A stretch of DNA of 64,000 nucleotides, taken from Alloascoidea hylecoeti (taxonomy: Eukaryota). A program made the translations under genes and the position numbers. The notes under the pieces are model-generated. The model saw only the letters and a program-made list of their open reading frames with translations, was not told where the DNA came from and searched no databases. Positions 21,930 to 33,161 of this stretch are shown piece after piece. The stretch covers positions 496,001-560,000 of the forward strand of contig BCKZ01000007.1 of the NCBI GenBank assembly GCA_001600815.1, read 5' to 3'. Each line of letters starts with the position of its first letter. The first letter of the stretch is position 1.

Positions 21930-22180
21930 GATTGGGGGAGTCTAATATCGAAAAAATAAAAATAATCTAATAAAGAAAAAAAAAATTACTTTTAAGATGG
22001 TCTAGGTTAATAAGAAAAGAGAGAAGAATGTCAAGAATACACAAAAATAAGAATAGGTTTTTATTTCACTATATAGTAGGGATTTCCCCATTAATTAGAA
22101 AATATATGAAAAGTTAAAAGAAAAAGTGTGAAGGATGGAAAAATATAAAAAAGAAAGGCCTCTTCATCTCAAAGGTTGGA
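21930..22180. repeat. tRNA-upstream dispersed element, copy A (possible LTR remnant)
   Basis: Colinear similarity to 42669-42846, including the identical 25-mer TGTCAAGAATACACAAAAATAAGAA. Confidence 0.75.
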
Positions 22181-23328
22181 GAATCATAATCAATCTCCCT
22201 TTAAATTTATTATTTGGAGTTGGATACAGTCTTTTCACTTAATATCGGACACTCTACCATTCGGGGTTTCCGATGTACACGTCACATCTTACTCAACATC
22301 CAGCTTGCTTGACGACCTAGTAGCTGTTTTTATACGTTCATTCAGTGCGTTCAACAAGTTCATTAATCGGGTTCTAAAATTTGCTTTTTTGAAAAACAAT
22401 AAGATTTCAAATGATGATGATATATTAAATGATATATAAATTCTATATCAAATTTATAATTTTTTTGACTGTCATCGAGTCCGGCAGAATTGGATAACAG
22501 GCCTTTAGCTTTTTAGTTTTTGTGTCGAGTTTACTATCTCATTGAACGATCAGTCATCTATGATTATATGGAAAGAGAAACTACTATTTTTAATTTGAAC
22601 CGAAGTATAAAATTACAAAAGAAGATAACATCTGTTACGTTTTGAGCTTTAAAAATTTTCTATAAAATTCGTCAATATTTAAAAAAACACTTTTTTCTGG
22701 ACTTTTTGGACCGCTTGCTAATGATCACGATGAGGACGAAGTAAACGAGGAAATAACAGAGAATGTGAACAAGGGGGAGATATTAACAAAATAAATCTAA
22801 GGGTAAAAGGGAAGAATTTAGGAGACTGACAGTCTAGTGACAAGGGCCAGGAAGAAATACAAATTGATGAATAATTATTGAATAATTCCAATAAAACTCT
22901 ATGGCATTGACGAGTATGAAGTATCATAAGCTGTAATAATAGACTAAAACAAATCATTAATTTGACTCCCATATATATATTTTTATATAAAAATCAAAAA
23001 AAATTAAAACAAAGCAACTTATATAGATAACAAAAATAAATTGTTAGAATATGAGATATATATCTATAAATGATATAGCCAAAAATAACCGAAATCAATA
23101 CACAAATAAAATACAAACAATGAATAAAAACAATAACAGTAGATAAATAGGTAACGATATATGAATAATATACTTACCATTAATAAGCGAAGATAACAAA
23201 ATAGAGTGAAATTATCTCGGTATACTCATTAATTAAAAATCAAACAATGTATCAAAATGCAAGAGGAAAGGAAAAAGAAAAGGACAAATAACAATAACAT
23301 CATCCCAATCTGATTCCAAAAATAAATG

Positions 23329-26300
23329 CTAGTAGTAAAGTTCAGTAAAATGTTCCAAATCTTTATCACATCCTTTAACAAAGCATTTATGAGTACTAAA
23401 ATCGGTAATATCCTTATTAGTTTTACTGCCTTTCGATAGATCTATATTTGTTATTAAATTCCCACGATTTTCAGCTTTTTTAAGAAAATGTAGAACTTTA
23501 TTAATTTGAATATTATAATTATCTTCTTCTTCTTTATAAAACTGCTCATAACGTTCAGTTTTCACCTCAGATTTCAACAAATTAGAGTCAGATGATGATA
23601 GTAACGGTGACGGCTCGGGTGACATCTTGGGTGATGTCTTGGGTGATGTCTTGGGCGATGATGATTGTAGTGTTCTTTTTGATCTTGATTTAGTTGATTT
23701 ATCTGAAAGCTTAGACAAAGTTTGACAATTACCATTCTTCTCATCATTCAAATAACTTATAATATTTGAATATTCTTTATGAATTTGAGCTTTATTCCAA
23801 TTTAATTTAATTAATTGTCCTTCAAGTTCCTGTGTTATGATATTTATTTTAATCTGTTCAACACATCTACCACAATAGACATGGCCACATTTAATCGAAA
23901 AAAAAGATTTTTTCGAGAGATGGAAATCTAAGGGTTTATAATGATCATTAAATGTGTAAGGAAAAGGTATTGGATCAGCTTGAGATTTTGGTAAAGAGGA
24001 AGAGTTCACAGATTTTAATTTTGAAGAAGCTTTTGACAAATTTGCAGTAGGATTTTCCTTTTGTTTTTGGTTTTGATTAGAATTTAATGACTTTAATTTT
24101 GCAGAGAGTAAAATAGCCTTTTGAATTTGATGTTTAGGCCTCCTAAGAACATCAGATTCATTTTTATTATAAGTACATGATTTTGACTTCCTTTCTTCAT
24201 CAGAAGATTGCTTCGATTTTTGATTGGTAATTTGAGCTTCTTCATCTTCATCTTCATCTTCATCTTCATCAACAACGTAAACCTGATCCCTTTTATTTTC
24301 AGCAAATATAAGTCTATCATCTTTACCATTCTTACTTGATTTCCTCTGTGAATTTTTCATTTTAAATTTCCGTTTATTAATAATTTTGTTGCGCTTCTCA
24401 ATGATTTCATTATAATTATCAGGTATTCCAACACCTAATTCAACACCACACATTATACAGACAACGCCATCATTTGAAGATAAACCTTGAGTAAATGAAT
24501 TCTTATTATTTTTAATATTAATCACTTCATTTCTTTTTTCATTTTCCTGATCTAATTTCTTTTTAACTTTTTCAATACTAGAATTCATTAATTTTGATTG
24601 TTCTAAATCATAATCAGTAAAATCATAATCCATAGGTTCAAAATTAATAGTATCACCCTCATTATAATCTTCTTCTTCATCTGATAAGTTGCCATACATG
24701 TCAACAGAATGAGGATCAGCTCCGACGAAAATATGGTTGTCACTGTAATCATCGGAATCATTAGAATCACTCGAATCATCAGAATCGTCAGGTTCATCTG
24801 ATTCATAGGGGAAGGGATCAAAGAATGGAATCGTGCTTTCTTCCATATACAATGGATTATCACGAACAGCATCAGAATCTTCAGAATCTTCAGAATCTTC
24901 ATTATATTCAGAGTCCTCATCATTGATTCTTGGGCACATTTCGCCCAGGTAATCGATCCAACTACGTGTTGATCTAAATGCGCTTTGATGATAGAGTAAG
25001 GAATCAGAATGATTATCATGTTGATGATGATTATTTTGATCTGTAGAACCGTTATTTGAATTGTTTGGTGATGAATTAGAGTGGGGGACAAAAATCCATT
25101 GACCGTAAGGACGATCAGTATCTAGATCATAACCAGCACCATACATATACTCAAATTCACCATCTTCAGAAACTTCAGATAAAGCGCCATCTTCTTCATT
25201 TTCGGTTTCATCATCAGTTTGATCTTCTTCTTGCCAGGTTAGATCACTGCTATCATCATCATCATCGACTTCTTCTTCCTCATTGTCAGATATATCCTCA
25301 AAGTGAACAACAGGACGAACTTTAGTAGATGACGTAACTTGAATATCTGTATCGTCATGAACATCTGCATCAAAATCTTCATCACTGTCGATCTCAATAA
25401 TCTCATGACTCCTTTCATTATTTGGGATGATAGCGCTATCATCAATATTATGATCAATATCATCATCAATATTAAAAACATCGTTGATTTCAATGTCATC
25501 GTCAGCTTGTGTTTCCTGTTGATCATTATCTATAGTAACATCTTGTTGTGTGTTCGTAGTCATGGTAGCAGTATCGCCATTATTATTGTTATTGTTATTA
25601 TTATTATTCGTGCCAATAACAACCAATTGTCGTAACTCATCAATCCAACTAATCACCCCTTCTATACGTTTTTTAAGATCATCGTTATTTTTCTTAAGAA
25701 TTTCTAATTCATCTTCATAATCATTTTTTTGCTTCTGAAGACTACTTTTTAATGTTTGAAGATCTGCTTCATTTTTAACTTGTTCTTCATTGATTTCGTC
25801 ATCAAGAAGTTGATCATTTTCATTTTCATTTTCATTTTCATTTTCATTTTCATTTTCATTTTTATTTATATTTTTATTTTTGTGTTCGAGTTCGTGTTCG
25901 AGTTCGTGTCTGAGTTCTTCATCATTATGAGTCAATATGGTGATATGATTAGCTTCTAATCTCCCAATTTGTAAATTTAAATCATTATTAATTTTTGATG
26001 ACAACGCCTGTATACGAGCTTCAATAGTTGATTTTTTTAATTTTTTGGTGTTTAATTCAGATAGCAGTTGTTGAATGAGTTCTTTCGAGCGATGAACTAC
26101 GCCATGAACCGTAGGATTTTCGGCGTTACTGTTATTATTATTAATATTAATATATGTAGATGTTGGCCTAAGGCCCGTTGTAGACTGATGATGGTTATTT
26201 GAGGATGCTTGAGATATTGAAGAGTGGCTTGTCATACTACTAAGAAAATCCCTAATCGCGGATGTTGTTGGAGATGGTGAATAGGAGGTTGTATTTAAAA

Positions 26301-26487
26301 TGGAAGATGAACGGTGAATATGATTAGGGCATAAACCCTCTTCACCAGATCTGGACGACTCATCCAGAGTACTTCCCTCTCTGCGAGACGTTAAACGTCT
26401 CTGTTGGTGGTGTTGCTCATTTCCTTGCTGATGTATTTCGTGATCATGAGGTAAGGATCCACCCGTGGTAGTTATCGATAGGGCCAT
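23329..26487 (-). CDS. SLX5: SUMO-targeted ubiquitin ligase subunit Slx5-like, with expanded split RING
   Basis: CIMCGVELGVGIPD, LSKKSFFSIKCGHVYCGRC, CFVKGC…ELYY C-terminus; SIM-like EIIEIDSDED; acidic low-complexity middle. Confidence 0.8.
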   Translation of the reverse strand: MALSITTTGGSLPHDHEIHQQGNEQHHQQRRLTSRREGSTLDESSRSGEEGLCPNHIHRSSSILNTTSYSPSPTTSAIRDFLSSMTSHSSISQASSNNHHQSTTGLRPTSTYININNNNSNAENPTVHGVVHRSKELIQQLLSELNTKKLKKSTIEARIQALSSKINNDLNLQIGRLEANHITILTHNDEELRHELEHELEHKNKNINKNENENENENENENENDQLLDDEINEEQVKNEADLQTLKSSLQKQKNDYEDELEILKKNNDDLKKRIEGVISWIDELRQLVVIGTNNNNNNNNNNGDTATMTTNTQQDVTIDNDQQETQADDDIEINDVFNIDDDIDHNIDDSAIIPNNERSHEIIEIDSDEDFDADVHDDTDIQVTSSTKVRPVVHFEDISDNEEEEVDDDDDSSDLTWQEEDQTDDETENEEDGALSEVSEDGEFEYMYGAGYDLDTDRPYGQWIFVPHSNSSPNNSNNGSTDQNNHHQHDNHSDSLLYHQSAFRSTRSWIDYLGEMCPRINDEDSEYNEDSEDSEDSDAVRDNPLYMEESTIPFFDPFPYESDEPDDSDDSSDSNDSDDYSDNHIFVGADPHSVDMYGNLSDEEEDYNEGDTINFEPMDYDFTDYDLEQSKLMNSSIEKVKKKLDQENEKRNEVINIKNNKNSFTQGLSSNDGVVCIMCGVELGVGIPDNYNEIIEKRNKIINKRKFKMKNSQRKSSKNGKDDRLIFAENKRDQVYVVDEDEDEDEDEEAQITNQKSKQSSDEERKSKSCTYNKNESDVLRRPKHQIQKAILLSAKLKSLNSNQNQKQKENPTANLSKASSKLKSVNSSSLPKSQADPIPFPYTFNDHYKPLDFHLSKKSFFSIKCGHVYCGRCVEQIKINIITQELEGQLIKLNWNKAQIHKEYSNIISYLNDEKNGNCQTLSKLSDKSTKSRSKRTLQSSSPKTSPKTSPKMSPEPSPLLSSSDSNLLKSEVKTERYEQFYKEEEDNYNIQINKVLHFLKKAENRGNLITNIDLSKGSKTNKDITDFSTHKCFVKGCDKDLEHFTELYY

Positions 26488-26960
26488 TTGAATATTGTTT
26501 GAAAAGTTGTTTATAATATCTCAGTTGTTTTAAATTGTTTAATTATTCGTCTTAGATTATAAACATATAAATATTTGTCTTTTCGATAAAATTGATGGCT
26601 AAACTTCTTTTTTGCTAAATCTTTCGCAGCCGACCAAAAAAGAAAATCGACTCAAAAATGCGCGAAGGCGAGAACTGCCCAACCTTTGTCAGCTTACGTA
26701 ATTCTACCCTAAAGGCTCTCCGTCTGATCCATTTCATCTGGAAAAAGTGTACACGTCTAAATCTACGAATAACATACGAATGAAATTGCTTAGTTGTCTA
26801 CAAAATAAAATTGTTTTTCTCTACATTTTACATGATAATTTCAGAAGAAGAAAACTTTTTGTTTGTTGTTTTTAGAATGACCACATGGTAAATCCGGGTG
26901 ATTTATATTTCAGTAATAAACAAGTCATAAGAATTATCTACATCTAGATCTTTTATACAG

Positions 26961-27761
26961 CTATTTCTCTTTCTCTTCCTGTTCTTCTTTTCTCTTCTTT
27001 TCCTGTAATCTTTTTTGTTCTACTAATTTCCCTTTAATTAAATAATTGTTGTAAGTCCCCAATAAAAATCCCATAAAACTGAAAAATGGTACCCATAAAT
27101 TCTGGGGTAAGAATGCCTGAGCAAATCCCATTGCAACAGGATTAGAAATCCATGAAGTCTTTAACATTGGTAATAATGAAGCTCTTAATGCTGATTTGCT
27201 ATCATTGACATATTGTCCCATGACTTTTGAAAATGCTGTAAAGATCGAAGTAAGCGAGAAATATGGGCGGGTGATTAATGTCATGTATAACACTCCAAGT
27301 ATACAATAAATAGGCGATATAAAAGTATTATTACAAATTATTTGTAAGACTTTATACGGTAAAGTTTTCGGTTTGTTTGCAAATCGTCGTTGAAGTTCAC
27401 CAATTAGAAAATGTGATAATGGACCAGATACACATAGACCAAAAAGTGCTTGTTTTGGTATACGTGATGATAGATAATGATTGAATTGAACTTTTTTCCA
27501 TCCTGGCTTTTTGTCATTTTCTTCTGAAATTTCAGATTCCCCTTTCTCTGAGTTTTCAGATATTGATTTAGATCTTGGAAGATATAATGTTGAAGTGACA
27601 GAAGCCCCAGATAAAAAAGATGCAACGAATTCAGAACTTCCAGCCAACACACCAGAAGTAATTGCTTTGGTCAAAATAGGATTTGATTCAAGACATGAAA
27701 GATATTTTGCTAAAAGGATTTCTGGAGATATATTCTTTTTTGATAACTTAGAAGCAGACAT
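26961..27761 (-). CDS. Mpv17/PMP22 family membrane protein (peroxisomal PMP22-like)
   Basis: YLSCLESNPILTKAITSGVL, GPLSHF, LKTSWISNP, FAQAFLPQNLWVPFF, LGTYNN. Confidence 0.85.
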   Translation of the reverse strand: MSASKLSKKNISPEILLAKYLSCLESNPILTKAITSGVLAGSSEFVASFLSGASVTSTLYLPRSKSISENSEKGESEISEENDKKPGWKKVQFNHYLSSRIPKQALFGLCVSGPLSHFLIGELQRRFANKPKTLPYKVLQIICNNTFISPIYCILGVLYMTLITRPYFSLTSIFTAFSKVMGQYVNDSKSALRASLLPMLKTSWISNPVAMGFAQAFLPQNLWVPFFSFMGFLLGTYNNYLIKGKLVEQKRLQEKKRKEEQEEKEK

Positions 27762-28363
27762 TGTTTACTCCGATTTATAAATATATAAGAATTGGGATAT
27801 ATATTTATATAAAGATCAGTTTCAAATTGGGTGATAATGTTTTTTCCAAAAGGGGAAACTTGTACCGCATCTTTCCGAGACTCAAATTCAAAAATTAGCA
27901 GTTCAGATGAAAATCTTTGGTGGGGTTTGAGCATCCCAGTCGAAATAATTACAGCATTCTTCTGACCCCGCTGCCTCCAATTTATATATCTCTGGACTTT
28001 AAATAATTATCACTTACATTCTTAATTAATATATAATCTGAAGTTTTATATAGTATAACTATAAATTTCAAAAATGAATAAATGAGTATATTAAAGAAAC
28101 TGGTACTAATATCAGTATTAACATGCGTATCATAAACTGCAAGTAATTATAAACGAGAGAATATTTACATATAACAATTGGAAAAGGAACATAAAAACAA
28201 CAGAAATAAAGCCTTATTATCGTCATTTCATCATAAATACAAAATAAAAAAATTAACCACATTATCATTCATCATCATATCACCGGAAAATCATAGCCTT
28301 ATGTTTATGTAACTGTTTTATCTTCGATAAATGTCAAACTGTAGATTATATATTTATACTTAG

Positions 28364-29803
28364 TTATCGTAATTGTTTTGATTGTGAGAATCCAAATCTA
28401 TAATCGTCATGATTATCATGTAAAGGATCAATACCATGCAAATTTAATTTCTTATTCAAACTCAAATGAGCTTTATTATTGTTAATGTTATTATTAAAAC
28501 TTTTTATCTTCATTCCGTCATTATCATTGTGATTGTGATTACCCTGTTCTTGTTCAATGTCTTCTTCATCTATAATTGCAACATCCGAAGTTAGATCTAG
28601 AGACATCTTTTGTTTCTTCAAATTGTCCCTAAAGCGATGAATCGAGCTATAGTCTTCTTTTGGATCAAGAATAGAGTTTTCTGGATTGTTTAACAAATTT
28701 TCATTATAATCTTCTATTAACTCTTTTGTATACTTCGTATTATCCCATTCAAATTTAAAATATTCACCAGATATAAGTTTTGTAGTTGTTGTCTTATAAC
28801 TGATTTCAGTCATTTCATTTTTAATTGGTTTACCTTCATCATGATTAATAGTTGCTGGTATTGTTGAAGATAATGAATCATTAAGATTCATTAATGGAAT
28901 TATTCTGTTTTGGAAAACTATTCGAAAATTATCATAAAGATAATATTTATTTGACCTTGGATGACAAATTTGTAAATGAATTGCTTGAAGAAGACATTTA
29001 TTCTTTCCTACGCCCAATTCTTTATTATTGTGAATATTATTATGAGATTGTTGTACCGGTTCCCTGAATAATAGATGTCTTATGAATGTTTTTGAACCAA
29101 CTGGCATATCCTTTAAATCATAGGGTATTAAAAATAATTTAAATGCAGTTTTTTCAGCATTCGATAAAGTTATTTGAATTTTACCCTTTTCTGGTATTTT
29201 AAACCCGGGGAATTTAATATGTTTTTTTGAATTTTCAAGTTGAGATAAATCGAAATTTATTGGTTGTTGTTTAATATTTTTCCTAGTATTATTATTATTA
29301 CCGTATGATTTTTTTTGTAATTTTTTAATTAATTGATTGTTATAAAAAGATTGAAGATCAACTGTTCCAACATAAGGAGATTGTTCAGTTATACCTGAAT
29401 CTGAGCATGTTGAGATTGAATTTGCAGATACCGGAGAATCTCCTTTCCAACTATAAAAGACAGCACCAAAAGAGATAGATAAATGCTTTGAATATTTTAA
29501 ATAATTATTATTATTCATTTTACCATTTGTTGAAGAAGGAATAACACCTATTTTTGCTATGAATGGAATAGGTTGGGATGAAGGAGCTGAAGCTCTACCT
29601 GAAAGTAAAGATTCTTCATATGAACCCACTAGCGATAACATAGATTTATGACAAGGAAATGATCTTTGTCTTTTCTGTCTGGTTGGCTTTGAAAATGAGT
29701 CATTATGATGTTCAGATGGCTCAAAAATATCATTTATTGATTCCGACAAACATAAACTTGATCTTCGACGAGGTTTTGAATGAAAATTAATGTCAATCGG
29801 CAT
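28364..29803 (-). CDS. Atos/FAM214-like protein (DUF4210 + Chromosome_seg-type domains)
   Basis: SLVGSYEESLLSGR, SPYVGTVDL, IPEKGKIQI…NAEKTAFKLFLIPYDLKDMPVGSKTFIR, YLYDNFRIVF. Confidence 0.85.
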   Translation of the reverse strand: MPIDINFHSKPRRRSSLCLSESINDIFEPSEHHNDSFSKPTRQKRQRSFPCHKSMLSLVGSYEESLLSGRASAPSSQPIPFIAKIGVIPSSTNGKMNNNNYLKYSKHLSISFGAVFYSWKGDSPVSANSISTCSDSGITEQSPYVGTVDLQSFYNNQLIKKLQKKSYGNNNNTRKNIKQQPINFDLSQLENSKKHIKFPGFKIPEKGKIQITLSNAEKTAFKLFLIPYDLKDMPVGSKTFIRHLLFREPVQQSHNNIHNNKELGVGKNKCLLQAIHLQICHPRSNKYYLYDNFRIVFQNRIIPLMNLNDSLSSTIPATINHDEGKPIKNEMTEISYKTTTTKLISGEYFKFEWDNTKYTKELIEDYNENLLNNPENSILDPKEDYSSIHRFRDNLKKQKMSLDLTSDVAIIDEEDIEQEQGNHNHNDNDGMKIKSFNNNINNNKAHLSLNKKLNLHGIDPLHDNHDDYRFGFSQSKQLR

Positions 29804-29925
29804 TTCTTTTTGTTATTGCTTTTGTGAAAGAAAGTCAAATATGAATCATTAAATGGATATACATCCTCACCTCCATTCTTCCTATCGCATCACCTCCACC
29901 ACAATAATATAATAATTAATATAAG

Positions 29926-30568
29926 ATGAACGACGACCATCTTTTCAGGTTTCACGCATTTTCGTGTTTTCATCTGCCCTCCTCAAATGCACTCAAATCG
30001 GCCGGTGTGTATATCTCAGGTGCTCTAGTATGTTTTCTACAAAAGGTTGATTTGTTGAGCTCTTTGTGTCTAACCGTGTTTTGTGCATAGTACGCCATCG
30101 GATTCTGGGCTTTCATCGATGCTGCTGTTTTTTCCAAAACTGTAAATGGTTCATATGTTCATATTACTTTTGTTGACTGGATTCCTGCAATATGTTCTTC
30201 ACTGGGCATGTTAGTGTAAGTGTTTTTCATATCAATATTTATGTAAATTCTGACATATTAAACAACCTAATAGTGTTAATTCAATTGAAAAGTCAAGGCT
30301 TCTAGATGATAACTTTGCTTCCGGATCATCATCATCATGGCAAGTAAGACTTGTATTATTTCTTGGTTTCTCTTTATTAGCTGGGGGTCTTGCAGGTTCG
30401 ATAATTGTTCTAGTTATGAAATTTATTGTTAAAGAGTTAACACAATGGCCAACTTTACTAATGGGTACAAATAATGTTATTGCAAATTCTTGTATTATGC
30501 TCAGTTGTATTGTATTATGGATTTCTCAAAATATGGAGGATGAATATTCTTATTCTTTGACCTTATAA
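29926..30568 (+). CDS. VPS68: Vacuolar protein sorting Vps68; exons 29926-30027, 30091-30215, 30274-30568 (173 aa)
   Basis: Spliced product MNDDHLFRF…GVYISGALYAIGFWAFIDAA…FVDWIPAICSSLGMLVVNSIEKSRL…EDEYSYSLTL; introns GTATGT…CTAAC…TAG and GTAAGT…CTGAC…TAG; absent from ORF track. Confidence 0.92.
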
Positions 30569-31133
30569 TTATACTACTTCATTATATTGCTCAAACTTTT
30601 GTAAATCTTATACGTAGGGCTTTAATATGACGAATCGGAATTGGAATTTAAGAGGAGAGATTTTGATTGATTAATATTAAATTTAGGTCATATAATCACT
30701 GGCTAGGGAGTGCTGTTATCAGACTTTTCTAGAATTTATAGCTAAGATCTTATATGGAATACAATCCTGCGAATATATCAACTAATAAAAGCTTAATTTT
30801 TGATTCTCATATTTTTCGCCATGTAATCGGTTTAAATTTACTGCTGACCAGCAACATGTAATTAACGTATTTAGTAATTGAAGATATTGTGAAGGTATAT
30901 TTATTAAAAATATAGGGATCCGTAATGAAATGATTGTCGATCACAAATTTCCGTAACACCAAAAGAAATAAGAATATAATATATACTATAAAGCTTTACA
31001 ATTATAACACCTTAATTAAGAAAATATTGAAAAATTGATAACATACTGAAAGATGCTAATCAGTATGTAATAATATCGTTATTTATAAGACATATCCAAT
31101 AGTAAGTATGTTTTAATAATTAGAAGAAAATAA

Positions 31134-33161
31134 TTAACAGAAAGCTAAAAGAGGTACAGAGATAATAATAGCCATAGCCATAAAAATAGACGATGGCAAA
31201 AATGAGCTAAGAGAGTTTGCAAAGTTTGGGGAAATAGGTACAATTGAAGGCGTGAAGTGTGCTGAACTTGTACTAGTGACTGCTATTGGTAATGTTGAAG
31301 CAATAATGTTGCTAGTAATTGTAGTGAAGTCAGAAGTTTTATTTGGATTGGTTTTAGATGAAAAAGTAGTTTCTGTTGTGTAGATGGTTGGAATTATACT
31401 TTTTTCAACTTGTGCTGGAACATGAGGTACAGCGGTTTCTATAATACTAGTTGAGCAAGGAACAACAGTGGTGTAAGTGATTGTAATGAGCTCAGTAGTA
31501 TCATCATGTACAATGGTTTTACAAGAAACGGTAGTTTCTGTTGTGTATATAGCCTCAACTACAACGGATGTAGGTATTATGGTGGTGGAATAAAGCTTAT
31601 CAGTACATTCATGACGAGTACATATAGTTTCAGTTAAGGTACTTTCATGGACTTCCGTTATGGATACAACATGAGAAAGTGTGTGTTCACTAGAAGATAA
31701 AACAACATCCCTCAAACTATCGGTAATCGTGAAACTGGTAGTTGATGAAGATGTAACAGATGGGGATATTGCCGATGATGAAGTAGCTAATGATGAAGTA
31801 TCTGAAGATGAGCTTGCTGATGAAGGTGTAGCTCCACAAGAAGTATAGGTAGCGGCGTTGCAAACTCCTTCACTAGCCCTAGGAACTCCATTGGGGCCTA
31901 CTTGAATCTCTTCAATGTCACTAATACTGGAAGGGTCAAGTTTAGCTTGAGCTAAAGAAACTTGGTGATTATCTAAATCGAATACAGCGTAAACAGCTCT
32001 TAAGAATGAGTCTCCTAAAATGGGTATACCATCTGTCTTTTCAATAGTAAGGAAACACATAGGGTCACCATTAGGGAAATAAGCTGGGCTACCATTGTCA
32101 TAATAAGCAGCCCAAAGAAAATTTGAGAGTGGAGTTTTGATGGTTGAACATGAAAACTTAAAATCAAGTGTTTGACCTGGTTGATTACATGGCATTGTAT
32201 ATAAACCAACATCCTCACTAAATGTAGCACCAAGTGTTTTTCCAATTTTATCGACAAAAGCTGCAGGTAAAAAACTAAGTGTAGTTCCAGAATCAAGAAG
32301 AACATAAAGACCACCCTCTTCTAACAATTCTTCCTGTATCGAAACTGTATCATCATGCTCGAATAAATCTGTATCACAGCCATCAATACTTGAAGAAAGT
32401 CCAGTTAAATAGACTGATGTTCTGTGTTTACTGATAATAGGGACAGTAATGAAAGGACCAGTGTATTTGGAATGATCAACTGCTCCGAATAAAATAGATC
32501 CAGATTCAGCTTCCTCTGAATTTAAAAACAAAGAGTACGCTTGTGAATTTATAAGGCCATTGGCAACTAAAGCGCCAGGGAAATTTATATAAGTGGTGGG
32601 AGAGGTTTCAAGAGTGTCAAAACCAATACCGAAGACACCAAACGAAGAATTAGCATCTGTAGCTACTGCGAAATTGAAATTTGGGACAGAAGTATCACCA
32701 ATATGAATTGTATCCATACCCCAATCACCTTTTGCGTAAGTGTAATCACCATATTGAATTGAGAATTTTGAGTTATTGTACTTCCAAGTGGATGAAGCAC
32801 CAAGATCATAAAAGCCATATTCCTCGCAATTAATCTCTTGGCAATATGGATTGCTTTTAGAAGAAACCCATAAATCAGATGAACCAGTATCTAGTGTAAC
32901 ACCAATAATCTCTTGTGCAGGTGTACCAAGCGTAAAATTAATCATATAGAAGTAATCCTTATTATCAAGATAAAATTCTTGATAACCCCTTTCGTGGATA
33001 GAATTAAAACTATGGGGGCTTGTAAGTGGTACGATATTAGAGTCTGGTGAAACTGCTACTCTTGAAAAGTCAAAACTAACACCAGTAGCAGCATTTGCTA
33101 TTAATGGAAAAGTTGCTGACAACAAATAAGCTAGCGATTGACCAGTTTTGATATTAACCAT
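31134..33161 (-). CDS. GPI-anchored aspartic protease (yapsin/Sap9-like)
   Basis: LDTGSSDLWV and LLDSGTT catalytic motifs, ILGDSFLR; signal peptide from MVNIK (33161); S/T-rich stalk; hydrophobic tail. Confidence 0.9.
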   Translation of the reverse strand: MVNIKTGQSLAYLLSATFPLIANAATGVSFDFSRVAVSPDSNIVPLTSPHSFNSIHERGYQEFYLDNKDYFYMINFTLGTPAQEIIGVTLDTGSSDLWVSSKSNPYCQEINCEEYGFYDLGASSTWKYNNSKFSIQYGDYTYAKGDWGMDTIHIGDTSVPNFNFAVATDANSSFGVFGIGFDTLETSPTTYINFPGALVANGLINSQAYSLFLNSEEAESGSILFGAVDHSKYTGPFITVPIISKHRTSVYLTGLSSSIDGCDTDLFEHDDTVSIQEELLEEGGLYVLLDSGTTLSFLPAAFVDKIGKTLGATFSEDVGLYTMPCNQPGQTLDFKFSCSTIKTPLSNFLWAAYYDNGSPAYFPNGDPMCFLTIEKTDGIPILGDSFLRAVYAVFDLDNHQVSLAQAKLDPSSISDIEEIQVGPNGVPRASEGVCNAATYTSCGATPSSASSSSDTSSLATSSSAISPSVTSSSTTSFTITDSLRDVVLSSSEHTLSHVVSITEVHESTLTETICTRHECTDKLYSTTIIPTSVVVEAIYTTETTVSCKTIVHDDTTELITITYTTVVPCSTSIIETAVPHVPAQVEKSIIPTIYTTETTFSSKTNPNKTSDFTTITSNIIASTLPIAVTSTSSAHFTPSIVPISPNFANSLSSFLPSSIFMAMAIIISVPLLAFC

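Noticed and set aside
23170..23178. ATACTTACC (U1 snRNA 5' end)
   Set aside because: No U1 stem-loops or Sm site follow; AT-rich context
25816..25862. (TTTTCA)n repeat
   Set aside because: Coding microsatellite (EN repeat) within SLX5
507..27761. Three peroxisomal genes (PCS60, acyl-CoA dehydrogenase, PMP22) as a cluster
   Set aside because: Widely spaced and interleaved with unrelated genes
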